Source: Candidatus Tepidifontimicrobium thermophilum (GTDB lineage Bacteria; Sysuimicrobiota; Sysuimicrobiia; Sysuimicrobiales; Sysuimicrobiaceae). Taken from it: 64,000 nt of DNA. The notes under the pieces are model-generated. The model searched no databases. It saw nothing but the letters and a program-made list of their open reading frames with translations, and was not told the origin of the DNA. A program made the translations under genes and the position numbers. The stretch is taken from positions 122,594 through 186,593 of the forward strand of contig JAVKHO010000003.1 of NCBI GenBank assembly GCA_031459915.1, in the 5' to 3' direction. Shown here in pieces: positions 1 to 9,594 of the stretch. Each line of letters opens with the position of its first letter. The first letter of the stretch is position 1.

Positions 1-1264
1 GGCGCGAGGCCAGTCGGTGGCGGATCTCGGGGTGGTGGAGAAGCTGGCGCGCCTCCAGGTCCACCACGACCATGTGGCCTGGCCCCAGCCGCCCGCGCTC
101 AAGGACCCGCCCGGGAGCGATGGGCAGCACCCCTACCTCGGAGGCGGCCACCACCAGGCCGTCGCGGGTGACGGTGTAGCGGGCGGGACGCAGGCCGTTG
201 CGATCCAGGGCCATGCCCACCGTGCGCCCGTCGAAGAAGGCCAGCGCCGCGGGGCCGTCCCACGGTTCGGCCAGGCACGCGTGGTACCGGTAGAATCCGC
301 GCACGGAACCATCGAGCTCCCACGCGCCCTCCCATGCCTCGGGGACCAGCATCCGCAGCGCGTGCGGCAGGTCCCGGCCACTGCGGCGCAGCAGCTCCAG
401 CACGTTGTCCAGCATGGCGCTGTCGCTGCCGCCGTCCTGGATCACGGGGAGCAGCTCTTGCAACCGGTCCCCCCACAGGCTGCTGGACAGGGCGCCCTCC
501 CGCGCCCGCATCCAGTTCACGTTGCCCAGCAGAGTGTTGATCTCGCCGTTGTGGGCCAGCAGGCGGAAGGGCTGCGCCAGCTGCCACGAGGGGTTGGTGT
601 TGGTGCTGTAACGCTGGTGGAACACCGCGGCCCGGACCGCGAAGTCCGGGTCCTGCAGGTCCAGGTAGAAGCGCTCCAGCTGCGGAGCGGAAACCAGGGC
701 CTTGTACACCACGGTGCGGGACGAAAGCGAGGGGACGTACAGGCCGAGGGGCGCTGCGCGTTTCTCTATGCGGCGCCGGACCAGGTACAGGTGCCGCTCC
801 AGGGCCTCCGGGTCCAGATCAGGGGACGCGGTCAAAAGCGCCTGCTGGATGCGGGGCAGAGTGCGCAGCGCGTACTCGCCTAGGGCTTTGGGCTGCACGG
901 GCGGGGTGCGCCATCCCAACAGGTGCAGGCCCGCGCGATGGAACTCCTCCTCGCACACCGCGCGGCAGGCCCGGTACACCTCCTCCTCCGCTGGGAAGAA
1001 GAAGACACCGACCGCCAGAGGCCGCTCGTCGCCGCGGCAGCCCATCTCCCGCAGCACCCGGGCGAACAGCCCGTGCGGGATCTCCGTGAGCACCCCCGCC
1101 CCGTCCCCCGTGCGGCCGTCCGCAGCCTGCGCGCCCCGGTGGGCCAGGTTGCGGAGGGCTGTCAGCGCCGCCTGCAGCACGGCGTGGGACGGGGCCGCGT
1201 CCAGCCGCGCTACGAACCCCACCCCGCACGCGTCGCGCTCAGGAAACGCTGCCAGAGACGTCAC
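1..1264 (-). CDS. gltB: Glutamate synthase large subunit, N-terminal glutamine amidotransferase part (runs off window edge)
   Basis: Manual translation from GTG 1264: MTSLAAFPERDACGVGFVARL...NLAHRGAQAADGRTGDGAGVL; GAGGAGG RBS upstream; not in ORF track because it is open at the edge. Confidence 0.93.
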   Translation of the reverse strand, partial: MTSLAAFPERDACGVGFVARLDAAPSHAVLQAALTALRNLAHRGAQAADGRTGDGAGVLTEIPHGLFARVLREMGCRGDERPLAVGVFFFPAEEEVYRACRAVCEEEFHRAGLHLLGWRTPPVQPKALGEYALRTLPRIQQALLTASPDLDPEALERHLYLVRRRIEKRAAPLGLYVPSLSSRTVVYKALVSAPQLERFYLDLQDPDFAVRAAVFHQRYSTNTNPSWQLAQPFRLLAHNGEINTLLGNVNWMRAREGALSSSLWGDRLQELLPVIQDGGSDSAMLDNVLELLRRSGRDLPHALRMLVPEAWEGAWELDGSVRGFYRYHACLAEPWDGPAALAFFDGRTVGMALDRNGLRPARYTVTRDGLVVAASEVGVLPIAPGRVLERGRLGPGHMVVVDLEARQLLHHPEIRHRLASR

Positions 1265-1302
1265 GGTCCCGGCTCCCTCCTCAGGAAATCGGAAGATAGC
1301 CC

Positions 1303-1348
1303 AAAGCCCGAGGGGGCCTCGGCTTGAGGAACCTCCCCCTCGGGCTTT
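1303..1348 (-). terminator. Riboswitch expression-platform hairpin, mutually exclusive with the aptamer 3' end
   Basis: Perfect 14-bp inverted repeat AAAGCCCGAGGGGG (1303-1316) / CCCCCTCGGGCTTT (1335-1348); U-tract is short. Confidence 0.7.
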
Positions 1349-1441
1349 TGTCCCGACGGTGTAGCGAGTCCGGAAACCCGCCTGCGCCGCTCGGTCCAGG
1401 CCGGCCGGGGTTGGGCCGCGGAACCCTAGGCGCACTTCCTC
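1326..1441 (-). ncRNA. ykkC-family riboswitch aptamer, probably the ppGpp-sensing subtype 2a
   Basis: Minus strand GAGGAAGTGCGCCTAGGGTTCCG...GGACCGAGCGGCGCA...ACACCGTCGGGACAAAAGCCCGAGGGGGAGGTTCCTC has the ykkC landmarks plus the closing P0 stem GAGGAA/TTCCTC; upstream of glutamate synthase. Confidence 0.88.
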
Positions 1442-1465
1442 ACGAGAGCGATTTCGTTTCTTTGT

Positions 1466-1494
1466 TAGATAGCAGTGCAGGGTGGAGCTGTCAA
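1466..1494 (-). promoter_or_regulatory. Putative sigma70 promoter of the gltB leader
   Basis: TTGACA-17 nt-TATCTA with TG extension; -10 imperfect. Confidence 0.45.
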
Positions 1495-1617
1495 CGGGCT
1501 CGGCCGGGAAAAGGAGCAAGTTCTTCGGAAATTCTGTGACAGACAGCACGGGAAGGTCGCAATATTCGAACGTTCGTGAGCGCCACGTTCGGAGAAGTGC
1601 TGGGGGTCACTTCCCCC

Positions 1618-1626
1618 TGGTACAAT
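1618..1626 (+). promoter_or_regulatory. Extended -10 promoter element of the rib operon
   Basis: TGGTACAAT 17 nt upstream of the FMN aptamer. Confidence 0.6.
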
Positions 1627-1643
1627 GGTGGCAAAACCGGTAA

Positions 1644-1821
1644 GACCTTCGGGGCAGGGTGAGGGGGCCGCACGGTCCCCGATTCCCGACCGGCGGTAGG
1701 CGCCGGCCAGGGCCGGCGCGAGCCCGCGACCCGCGCACGGTCTGCGGCGCGGTGGACTCCGGTGGCGGCTCCTGGGGAGCCCAGTCCGGGGCCGACGGTA
1801 CAGTCCGGATGGGAGGAGGTC
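1644..1821 (+). ncRNA. FMN riboswitch (RFN element)
   Basis: CTTCGGGGCAGGGTGA...ATTCCCGACCGGCGGT...AGCCCGCGACCCG...CCGGTG...TCCGGGGCCGACGGTACAGTCCGGATGGGAGGAG; upstream of ribD. Confidence 0.95.
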
Positions 1822-1941
1822 GCCAGACTACGCCGGGCGTGCCGGCGTCTCGCCGTGCCACAGGAGCGGTGGGAGGCCGTGGAAGCGCGTCCGGCGGCGG
1901 GTCCCGGACGCAGGAGCCGGTGCCGGCTGACTTTCCCTTGG

Positions 1942-1966
1942 CGCCCGGAGGTCTTACCTCCGGGCG
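1942..1966 (+). promoter_or_regulatory. Hairpin occluding the ribD RBS (likely FMN riboswitch expression platform)
   Basis: CGCCCGGAGGT/ACCTCCGGGCG stem containing GGAGG, ending 1 nt before ATG 1968. Confidence 0.65.
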
Positions 1967-1967
1967 T

Positions 1968-3080
1968 ATGCGTTTACAGGACGTCTTCTGGATGCGGCGG
2001 GCGCTGCAGCTCGCTTGCCTGGGCCGGGGCCGCACCAGCCCCAACCCCACGGTGGGCGCGGTGGTGGTGCGGGACGGGGTGGAGGTGGGCTGCGGCTACC
2101 ACCGCGCGGCGGGAGGGCCCCACGCGGAGGCGGAAGCTCTCGCGCGGGCGGGCGAACTGGCGCGCGGAGCCACCCTGTACGTGAACCTGGAACCCTGCGA
2201 CCACCACGGCCGGACCCCCCCGTGCACGGAAGCCGTCCTCGCAGCGGGTGTGCGCCGCTTGGTGGTGGCGATGGAAGATCCAGACCCGAGGGTACGGGGA
2301 CGAGGAATCCGGCGGCTGCGTGAGGCCGGGGTGGAGGTCGCGGTGGGCGTGCTCGAGGAGGAAGCCCGGCGCCTGAACGCCGCGTACGTAAAGCACCGGA
2401 CCACCGGGCTCCCGTGGGTGACCTGCAAGTGGGCCATGTCCGTGGACGGCCGCATCGCCACCCGCACAGGCGCCTCACGGTGGATCACGGGGCCGCAGGC
2501 CCGGGAATACGCACACCGCCTGCGGGACTACCACGACGCCGTCCTCGTGGGCTGCGGGACCGCGCTGCGCGACGACCCCGCCCTCACGTGCCGCCTCCCC
2601 GGCGGCCGTGACCCCCTGCGGGTCGTGGTGGACAGCGGGGCGCACCTGCCGCCGGAGGCCAGGATGCTGCGGGAGGGGAGTTCGCCGGTGGTGGTGGCGA
2701 CCACCCCTCGCGCGGACCCCACCCGGGCCGAGCGGCTGAGGCGTGCAGGCGCGGAGGTGTGGGTATGCGAGCCGGATGCAGGCGGCGTGTCCCTGCGCGA
2801 CCTGTTGCGCAGGCTCGCCCACCGTGGGGTGCTGAGCGTGCTCGCAGAGGGCGGCAGTGCCTTGCACGCCTCGCTGTTGCAGGCGGGCCTCGTGGACCGG
2901 CTGGTAGCCTTCGTGGCCCCGGTGGTGGTGGGAGGACGAGGAGCACCCGGGCCTGTCTCCGGGCAGGGCGTGTCGGAGCTCGTGCACGCCCTCCGGCTGG
3001 AGGAGGTGACGGTGCGCCGGTTCGGCCCGGACCTGTGCGTGGAAGGCGATGTGCGCGGCCGTCTAGCGGTGGAGGGTTGA
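1968..3080 (+). CDS. ribD: Bifunctional riboflavin deaminase/reductase
   Basis: PNPTVG, HAE and LEPCDHHGRTPPC deaminase motifs; SVDGRIA and EGG reductase motifs. Confidence 0.95.
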   Translation: MRLQDVFWMRRALQLACLGRGRTSPNPTVGAVVVRDGVEVGCGYHRAAGGPHAEAEALARAGELARGATLYVNLEPCDHHGRTPPCTEAVLAAGVRRLVVAMEDPDPRVRGRGIRRLREAGVEVAVGVLEEEARRLNAAYVKHRTTGLPWVTCKWAMSVDGRIATRTGASRWITGPQAREYAHRLRDYHDAVLVGCGTALRDDPALTCRLPGGRDPLRVVVDSGAHLPPEARMLREGSSPVVVATTPRADPTRAERLRRAGAEVWVCEPDAGGVSLRDLLRRLAHRGVLSVLAEGGSALHASLLQAGLVDRLVAFVAPVVVGGRGAPGPVSGQGVSELVHALRLEEVTVRRFGPDLCVEGDVRGRLAVEG

Positions 3081-3661
3081 GTGTTCACAGGGATCGTGGA
3101 GGAAGTCGGAAGGGTAGCGTGGCGACGGGGGAACCGCCTTCGGCTGGAAGCCCGGGGAGTGCTGCGCGGGCTGCGGCCGGGCGACAGCGTGGCGGTGGAC
3201 GGGGTGTGCCTGACCGCGGCGTACGTGGACCGGTCCGGCTTTGAGGCCGACCTGGGCCCCGCGACCCTGAAGCGCACCACCCTGGGCCAGCGGAAAGCGG
3301 GGGATCCGGTGAACCTGGAACGTCCCGTGCGCTTGCCGCAGCGGCTGGGAGGACACCTGGTCCAGGGGCACGTGGACGCGGTGGGGCGGGTGAAGTGGGT
3401 ACGGCCGGACGGGCAGGCGCGGTGGATGGAGGTGGCTGCACCGACCAGCGTCCTGCGGTACCTCGTGGAGCGAGGGTCCGTTGCGGTGGACGGTGTGAGC
3501 CTCACCGTGGCGGCCGTGACGTCCCGCAGCTTCCGCGTCTGCCTGATCCCGCAGACCCTGCAGCGCACCACCCTGGGCCTGCGCGGCCCGGGCGACCCGG
3601 TGAACCTGGAGGTGGACGTGCTGGCGAAATACGTGGAGCGGCTGCTGGGGGGGATCCGGCG

Positions 3662-3665
<4 letters not shown>
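3081..3665 (+). CDS. ribE: Riboflavin synthase (alpha chain)
   Basis: MFTGIVEE start, GDSVAVDGVCLT, VNLER, GGHLVQGHVD. Confidence 0.95.
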
Positions 3666-4877
<1,212 letters not shown>

Positions 4878-4897
<20 letters not shown>

Positions 4898-5360
4898 GGG
4901 ATCCCTGGACGGCCGTGGACTGCGGGTGGGCGTGGTGGCCAGCCGGTTCAACGAAGCCACCACGCGGTTGCTCGTGGAGGGAGCCCTGGACGGGCTCCGC
5001 CGGTGCGGGGTCGAGGAGGTGGACGTGGCTTGGGTCCCCGGGGCGTTCGAGATCCCTCTGGTGGCCGCCCGGCTAGCACGCTGCGGCCGCTACGACGCGG
5101 TGGTGTGCGTGGGCGCGGTGGTGCGCGGGCAGACTCCCCACTTCGAGTACGTAGCCGGCCACAGCGCGGCCGGCATCGCCCGGGCGGCGCTGGATAGCGG
5201 CGTTCCCGTGCTGTACGGGGTGGTGACCGCGGACGACCCGCAGCAGGCAGCCGAGCGGGCGGGCGGGAAGGCCGGGAACCGGGGCCGCGACGCAGCCCTG
5301 GCCGCGGTGGAGATGGCCACCCTCCTGCGCCAGCTCCGCGCCGAGGTGGAGGCGGGCTAG
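4878..5360 (+). CDS. ribH: Lumazine synthase
   Basis: SRFN, WVPGAFEIP, RGQTPHFEYV, ERAGGKAGN. Confidence 0.95.
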
Positions 5361-5926
5361 CGGGAGGTCTCGCCGAGGATCTCCCGAGCCACCTCCCGCA
5401 TGGGGCGGCGGGTGCGGCGCGCCTCCAGCTGGATGCGTCGGAAGGCTTCCTCTTCCGACAATCCCTCCCGCTGCATCAACAGCCCCTTGGCGCGCTCTAC
5501 CAGCTTGCGGGTCTGCAGCTGCTCTTCTAGCTCCCCGATACGCTCGTCCTTGCGCCGCAGGTCCGCAAACCGCGCCAGCGCCACCTCGATGGCGGGCACG
5601 AGGTCCTCCTCCTTGATGGGCTTGACGAGGTAGGCGAGGACCCCGGCCTGCTGGGCCTGCTTGACCAGCTCCCGCTCGCTGTAGGCGGTCAGCAGCACCA
5701 CCGGGGTGGGCCGCACCTCCTGGATCCGGGCTGCAGCCGCCAGCCCGTCCATTTCCGGCATCTTCACGTCCAGGAACACCAGGTCCGGCCGCAGGCGTTG
5801 CACCAGTTCCACCGCGCGCTTGCCGTCCGAGGCCTCGCCCACCACCCGGTAGCCGCGGTCCTCCAGCATGGCGCGCAGCCCCATGCGGATCAGGGCCTCG
5901 TCGTCCGCGATGACGATGCGCCTCAC
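5357..5926 (-). CDS. Receiver-ANTAR response regulator (PdtaR/EutV-like antiterminator)
   Basis: IADDE..DVKMP..KP receiver followed by RKLVERAKGLLM...SEEEAF ANTAR; GTGA overlap with kinase stop. Confidence 0.9.
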   Translation of the reverse strand: MRRIVIADDEALIRMGLRAMLEDRGYRVVGEASDGKRAVELVQRLRPDLVFLDVKMPEMDGLAAAARIQEVRPTPVVLLTAYSERELVKQAQQAGVLAYLVKPIKEEDLVPAIEVALARFADLRRKDERIGELEEQLQTRKLVERAKGLLMQREGLSEEEAFRRIQLEARRTRRPMREVAREILGETSR

Positions 5927-7566
5927 GCCCGAAGGACCTCCTTGGGGATGCGCACCGCGAAGCGGGCCCCCACGCCCCGCTGGGCCACCAGCTGTCCCCG
6001 CAGGTCTTCCTGCACCAGGGTACGGGCGATGCGCAGCCCCAGGTCGGAGGAGCGGGCGGGGTCGAACCCCTCGGGCAGACCCGCCCCGTCGTCCTCCACC
6101 TCCAGCACCACGTGGGTGGGAGAGTCCAGCAGCCGCACCCACAGGTGGCCGCGGGTGCGGTCCCGAAACGCGTGCTCCAAGGCGTTCTGCACAAGCTCGG
6201 TGGCCACCAGGGCGGCAGAAGTGGCCGGCTGGGAGGGGAAGTAGACGTCATCCCCCTGCACGGAGACCTCCAGCTGCAGGTCCGGCCGCCGCATGTTGGC
6301 GACCACCGCGTGGGTGAGGCGGTCCAGCACCTCCCGTAGGTTGACGGTCCGGAACCCCTCCAGGGAAAGGATCTCGTGCACCGCGGCGATCCCCAGTACC
6401 CGGTTGATGGTCTCCGTGAGCACCTCGCGGCCGGAGGGCTCCCGGCCGTCCGCCAGCTGCAGGCGCAGGAGCATGGCGATGGTCTGCAGGTTGTTCTTGA
6501 CCCGGTGGTGCATCTCCCGCACCACCGCGGACCTCATCACCAGGTTGGCGTTCTCGATGGCCAGGGCCGTCTGAGTGGCGAGGGTGGTGAGGAGGTTGAC
6601 GTCGGCGGCGGAGAAGGCCGCGGGTCGTGCACGGTAGCAGTTCAGTACCCCGATCACCCGGTCCCGCACCCGCAGGGGCACGGACACCATCGACCGGAGG
6701 CCCTGCCGGCGCGCGAACTCGGGGTCGGAGAAGCGCGGCTCGGCCAGCAGGTCCACCACCACCTCCATCTCCCCGGTCGCGGCCACGCGGCCTGCGATCC
6801 CGGACCCCAGGGGGATGGGTGCCCGTTCCGTGTACGCCTCGCCTGCAGGGTGGGCCGCCGCAGGCCGCAGGACCCCCGCGGAGTCGTCCACCAGCAGCAG
6901 GGAGCACAGCCGGGCCTCCAGCATGCGCGCGGCCATCTCCACGATCACCTGCAGCACCTGCTCCAGGTACAGGGGTGAGGTGAGGGTCTGGCTGAGTTCC
7001 GCCAGGGTGGACAGCTCCCGGATCTGGCGGCGCATGTGGTCGTGCAGGGTAGCCTTCTCGATCGCCCCGCCCGCCAGGTCCGCGATCATGCTCAGCAGCT
7101 CCACCTCGTCGTCGGTGAACTCGTGGGTGTTGCGGGTCTGCACGTTCATAGCCCCGAGGACCCGCCCGCCCACCACCAGGGGCACCGCCAGCAGGGACCG
7201 GAACCGGAGCTCCTCCGTCTCCGGCAGCAGCACGAAGCGGGGGTCGCTGGGGGCGTTGCTGCTCCACGCGGGCTGCTCGTGCAGGGCAGCCCAGCCCGTG
7301 AGGCCTTCGCCCAACCGCAGGCGGGCCCGGCCCACCGCTTCCGGGGCCAGCCCGGTGGTCGCCCGCAGGACCAGGTAGTCGCCCTGCGGGTCGAGCAGGT
7401 ACAGGGAGCAGGAATCCATGCCCATGACCTCCGCGGTCTTGCGGGTGATGGTGGTCAGGGTGGTGTCCAGGTCGTGGGCCTGGCTGATGGTACGGCTAAT
7501 CTCCCGCAGAGCGGAGATCTCCGCCGACTTGCGCTGGAGCAGGTGCTCGAGCTGCGCCCGGGTCAT
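5923..7566 (-). CDS. Soluble GAF-GAF HisKA_2 sensor histidine kinase (PdtaS/EutW-like)
   Basis: Two GAF-like repeats, EMHHRVKNNLQ H-box, ELVQNALEHAF, DDGAG, LGL; no transmembrane segment. Confidence 0.9.
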   Translation of the reverse strand: MTRAQLEHLLQRKSAEISALREISRTISQAHDLDTTLTTITRKTAEVMGMDSCSLYLLDPQGDYLVLRATTGLAPEAVGRARLRLGEGLTGWAALHEQPAWSSNAPSDPRFVLLPETEELRFRSLLAVPLVVGGRVLGAMNVQTRNTHEFTDDEVELLSMIADLAGGAIEKATLHDHMRRQIRELSTLAELSQTLTSPLYLEQVLQVIVEMAARMLEARLCSLLLVDDSAGVLRPAAAHPAGEAYTERAPIPLGSGIAGRVAATGEMEVVVDLLAEPRFSDPEFARRQGLRSMVSVPLRVRDRVIGVLNCYRARPAAFSAADVNLLTTLATQTALAIENANLVMRSAVVREMHHRVKNNLQTIAMLLRLQLADGREPSGREVLTETINRVLGIAAVHEILSLEGFRTVNLREVLDRLTHAVVANMRRPDLQLEVSVQGDDVYFPSQPATSAALVATELVQNALEHAFRDRTRGHLWVRLLDSPTHVVLEVEDDGAGLPEGFDPARSSDLGLRIARTLVQEDLRGQLVAQRGVGARFAVRIPKEVLRA

Positions 7567-7598
7567 CTCCCACAGGGGATTGTACGTCCGCCGGGGGC

Positions 7599-8081
7599 CT
7601 AGACGCGGCCCCCCAGCCGCTTGCGCAGCGCCTGGGAAAGCGCCGCACGCAGCTCGGACTCGGGGGCGTTCCGCACGGAGCGCAGCTGCCGGAACGCTTC
7701 CTCCACCGCTTCGTCCACCACCGAGTCCAGCTCCGTGGGGGACCCCCAGTACGCCGGGGGGCGCTCCGCCGCCCAGCGGTCCAGGGCCGCGCTTAAGCTG
7801 GACACCTCTGCCGCGAGCTTCCTCAACTGCTCTGCCAAGGCCGTCTCAGGACTGCGGCCGGTCACCAGCCAGGCCACGTCGGCCCCGCAGGCCTGGGCGA
7901 AGGCCGCCAGCTGTTCCACGCTCGGCTGTCGCTGTCCGCTCTCCCAGCTGACCACGGTACCGGGGCGAACCCCTACGCGCGCCGCCAGCTCCTTCAGGGT
8001 GAGGTTGGCCGCTTTCCGGGCGCTCCTCAGCCGGGCGCCCAAAGCACGCCGGGACTCCGGGGATCCCCTCGTAAGTGCCAA
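7599..8081 (-). CDS. XRE-family HTH regulator
   Basis: LGARLRSARKAANLTLKELAARVGV...VSWESGQRQP; start uncertain. Confidence 0.8.
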   Translation of the reverse strand: MALTRGSPESRRALGARLRSARKAANLTLKELAARVGVRPGTVVSWESGQRQPSVEQLAAFAQACGADVAWLVTGRSPETALAEQLRKLAAEVSSLSAALDRWAAERPPAYWGSPTELDSVVDEAVEEAFRQLRSVRNAPESELRAALSQALRKRLGGRV

Positions 8082-8211
8082 GGGCGTGCATCCTGCCGCG
8101 TGTCGTCGTCGGACAGGCCAAGTCTAGCCAAAAGCCGTGCGGAGGGAGGGACTGCGGATACGTACGAATCGTGCTAGAATAACTACGCTCAGGGGCATCC
8201 GGTGACAGACC

Positions 8212-8415
8212 GTGCTGAAGGAAGTTCCGCGGGATCACCTGACGTTCCACCTGCCGGAAGGCTACCGGCTGTTGGAGTCCGAGCACGTGGTAGCCTTGGT
8301 GGATCCAAACGGCCGTACGGTGTTCCTCGGCCCCGCCACCCGGACCACCCCGGAAGTCCTGCTGGCGGCCATCGCCAGGTCAGGGGACGACCCTGGGGGC
8401 CGAAGGGCACCCTGA
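8212..8415 (+). CDS. Small hypothetical protein (67 aa)
   Basis: Protein-like composition; TGCTAGAAT extended -10 at 8172-8180; divergent from XRE gene. Confidence 0.5.
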   Translation: MLKEVPRDHLTFHLPEGYRLLESEHVVALVDPNGRTVFLGPATRTTPEVLLAAIARSGDDPGGRRAP

Positions 8416-9333
8416 GCGGGGGCGGACGTAGATCCAGTCCCCCACGGCGGCGGCTCCGGTCCCGTGGCGCGGGGTGGGCATGGGTGCCAGGGGAGTCCAT
8501 CGGTCCGTGTGGGGGTCGTAGGCGTCGTTGTCGGCGAAGACGCCGCCGGTTTCCTCTCCGCCAAACACGTAGATGCGGCCTCGCAGTGTGGCCGCGGCCA
8601 CACCGCTGCGGGCTCTCGGCAGGGGCGCCCGCTCCTCCCACCGGTCGCGGGCGGGGTCGTAGACGTGGTGGTTGGCCAGGTTGTTGGCGAAAGTGTTGAG
8701 GCGTCCACCGATGGCGTGGATACGGCCCTGAAGGACCACCAGCCCCATGTGGTCGCGAGGGTCGGGAAGCGGCGCGCGCAAGCTCCAGCGGTCCGTGGCA
8801 GGGTCGTACACCTCGTGGGTCCCGACACTCTGCTGGTCACGGCCGCCCACCACGTGCACCGCCCCCGCCAGCTCCACCGCGGAGGCGGCTCCCCGCGGCG
8901 CGGGTAGCGGTGCAACGCGGGTCCACCGGTCCTCCCGGACGTCGTAGGCGAAGCCGTCCGCTACTGGGCTGCGGTTCTGTTCCGTGAAGCCGCCGAACGC
9001 GTACAGGCGGCCTCGGGATCCGGCCACCGCCACGTGATTGAGCCCCCTGGGCAGGGGCGCGAGGTCACGCCACGAGTCGGTGGCAGGGTCGTACGCCTGG
9101 TTGTAGGGCTGATCCACGCGTCCGTGGGCGTAGCCCGCCACCACGTAGACCCTGCCTTCCACGACGGCCACGCTTACCTCCGTGCGGGGGAAGGGGAGAG
9201 GAGCCCTCCGCACCTACCGCCCCGCGGCTTCCGCAGGAGAGGCTGCAGTCGGCCCGGCGGGCAGCAGAACTGCGGACAGAGCAGCCCCCGCCGCCTGGAT
9301 GAGAAACTCTCGACGGGTAACCGGGCCTGCCAC
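8380..9333 (-). pseudogene. Tat-exported Kelch-repeat protein interrupted by an in-frame TAG and apparently 3'-truncated
   Basis: TRREFL Tat signal in frame with Kelch repeats (GRxYxFGG..YDP..DRW..APLP); TAG at 9214-9216 where Trp is expected; last repeat breaks after IYV. Confidence 0.7.
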
Positions 9334-9424
9334 TTCTCCTGCCTGCGTCCAGCCGGTAAACAGCAGGAACATTCTCCGTTCGGTTCCGGGGTTCCTGGGA
9401 CCGGGTTCGGGCAGGGACGCGGCC

Positions 9425-9453
9425 TTGACCGCACCCGGGTCCAGGCCTATGTT
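9425..9453 (+). promoter_or_regulatory. sigma70-type promoter of the GT2/PilZ gene
   Basis: TTGACC-17 nt-TATGTT. Confidence 0.65.
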
Positions 9454-9594
9454 GGCTTAATAGTTGCTCCAGGTGGCTGGAGCAACAGCTGGACCCTCCG
9501 GCGCGTCTGCGGAGGGTGCTGTCACGCGGGCCACGGCTGGGCCTGCGGCTACCGCAAGCCAGCAGAGCGGTCCGCGGAACAGGAGGTGTGGTGT

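Noticed and set aside
1515..1580. CodY or LexA boxes between the two riboswitches
   Set aside because: Too many mismatches to AATTTTCWGAAAATT; CGAACGTTCG lacks the 4-nt spacer of the GAAC-N4-GTTC box
9214..9216. Pyrrolysine recoding of the Kelch TAG
   Set aside because: Position corresponds to a conserved Trp; a single TGG-to-TAG change is simpler, and no pyl genes are in the window
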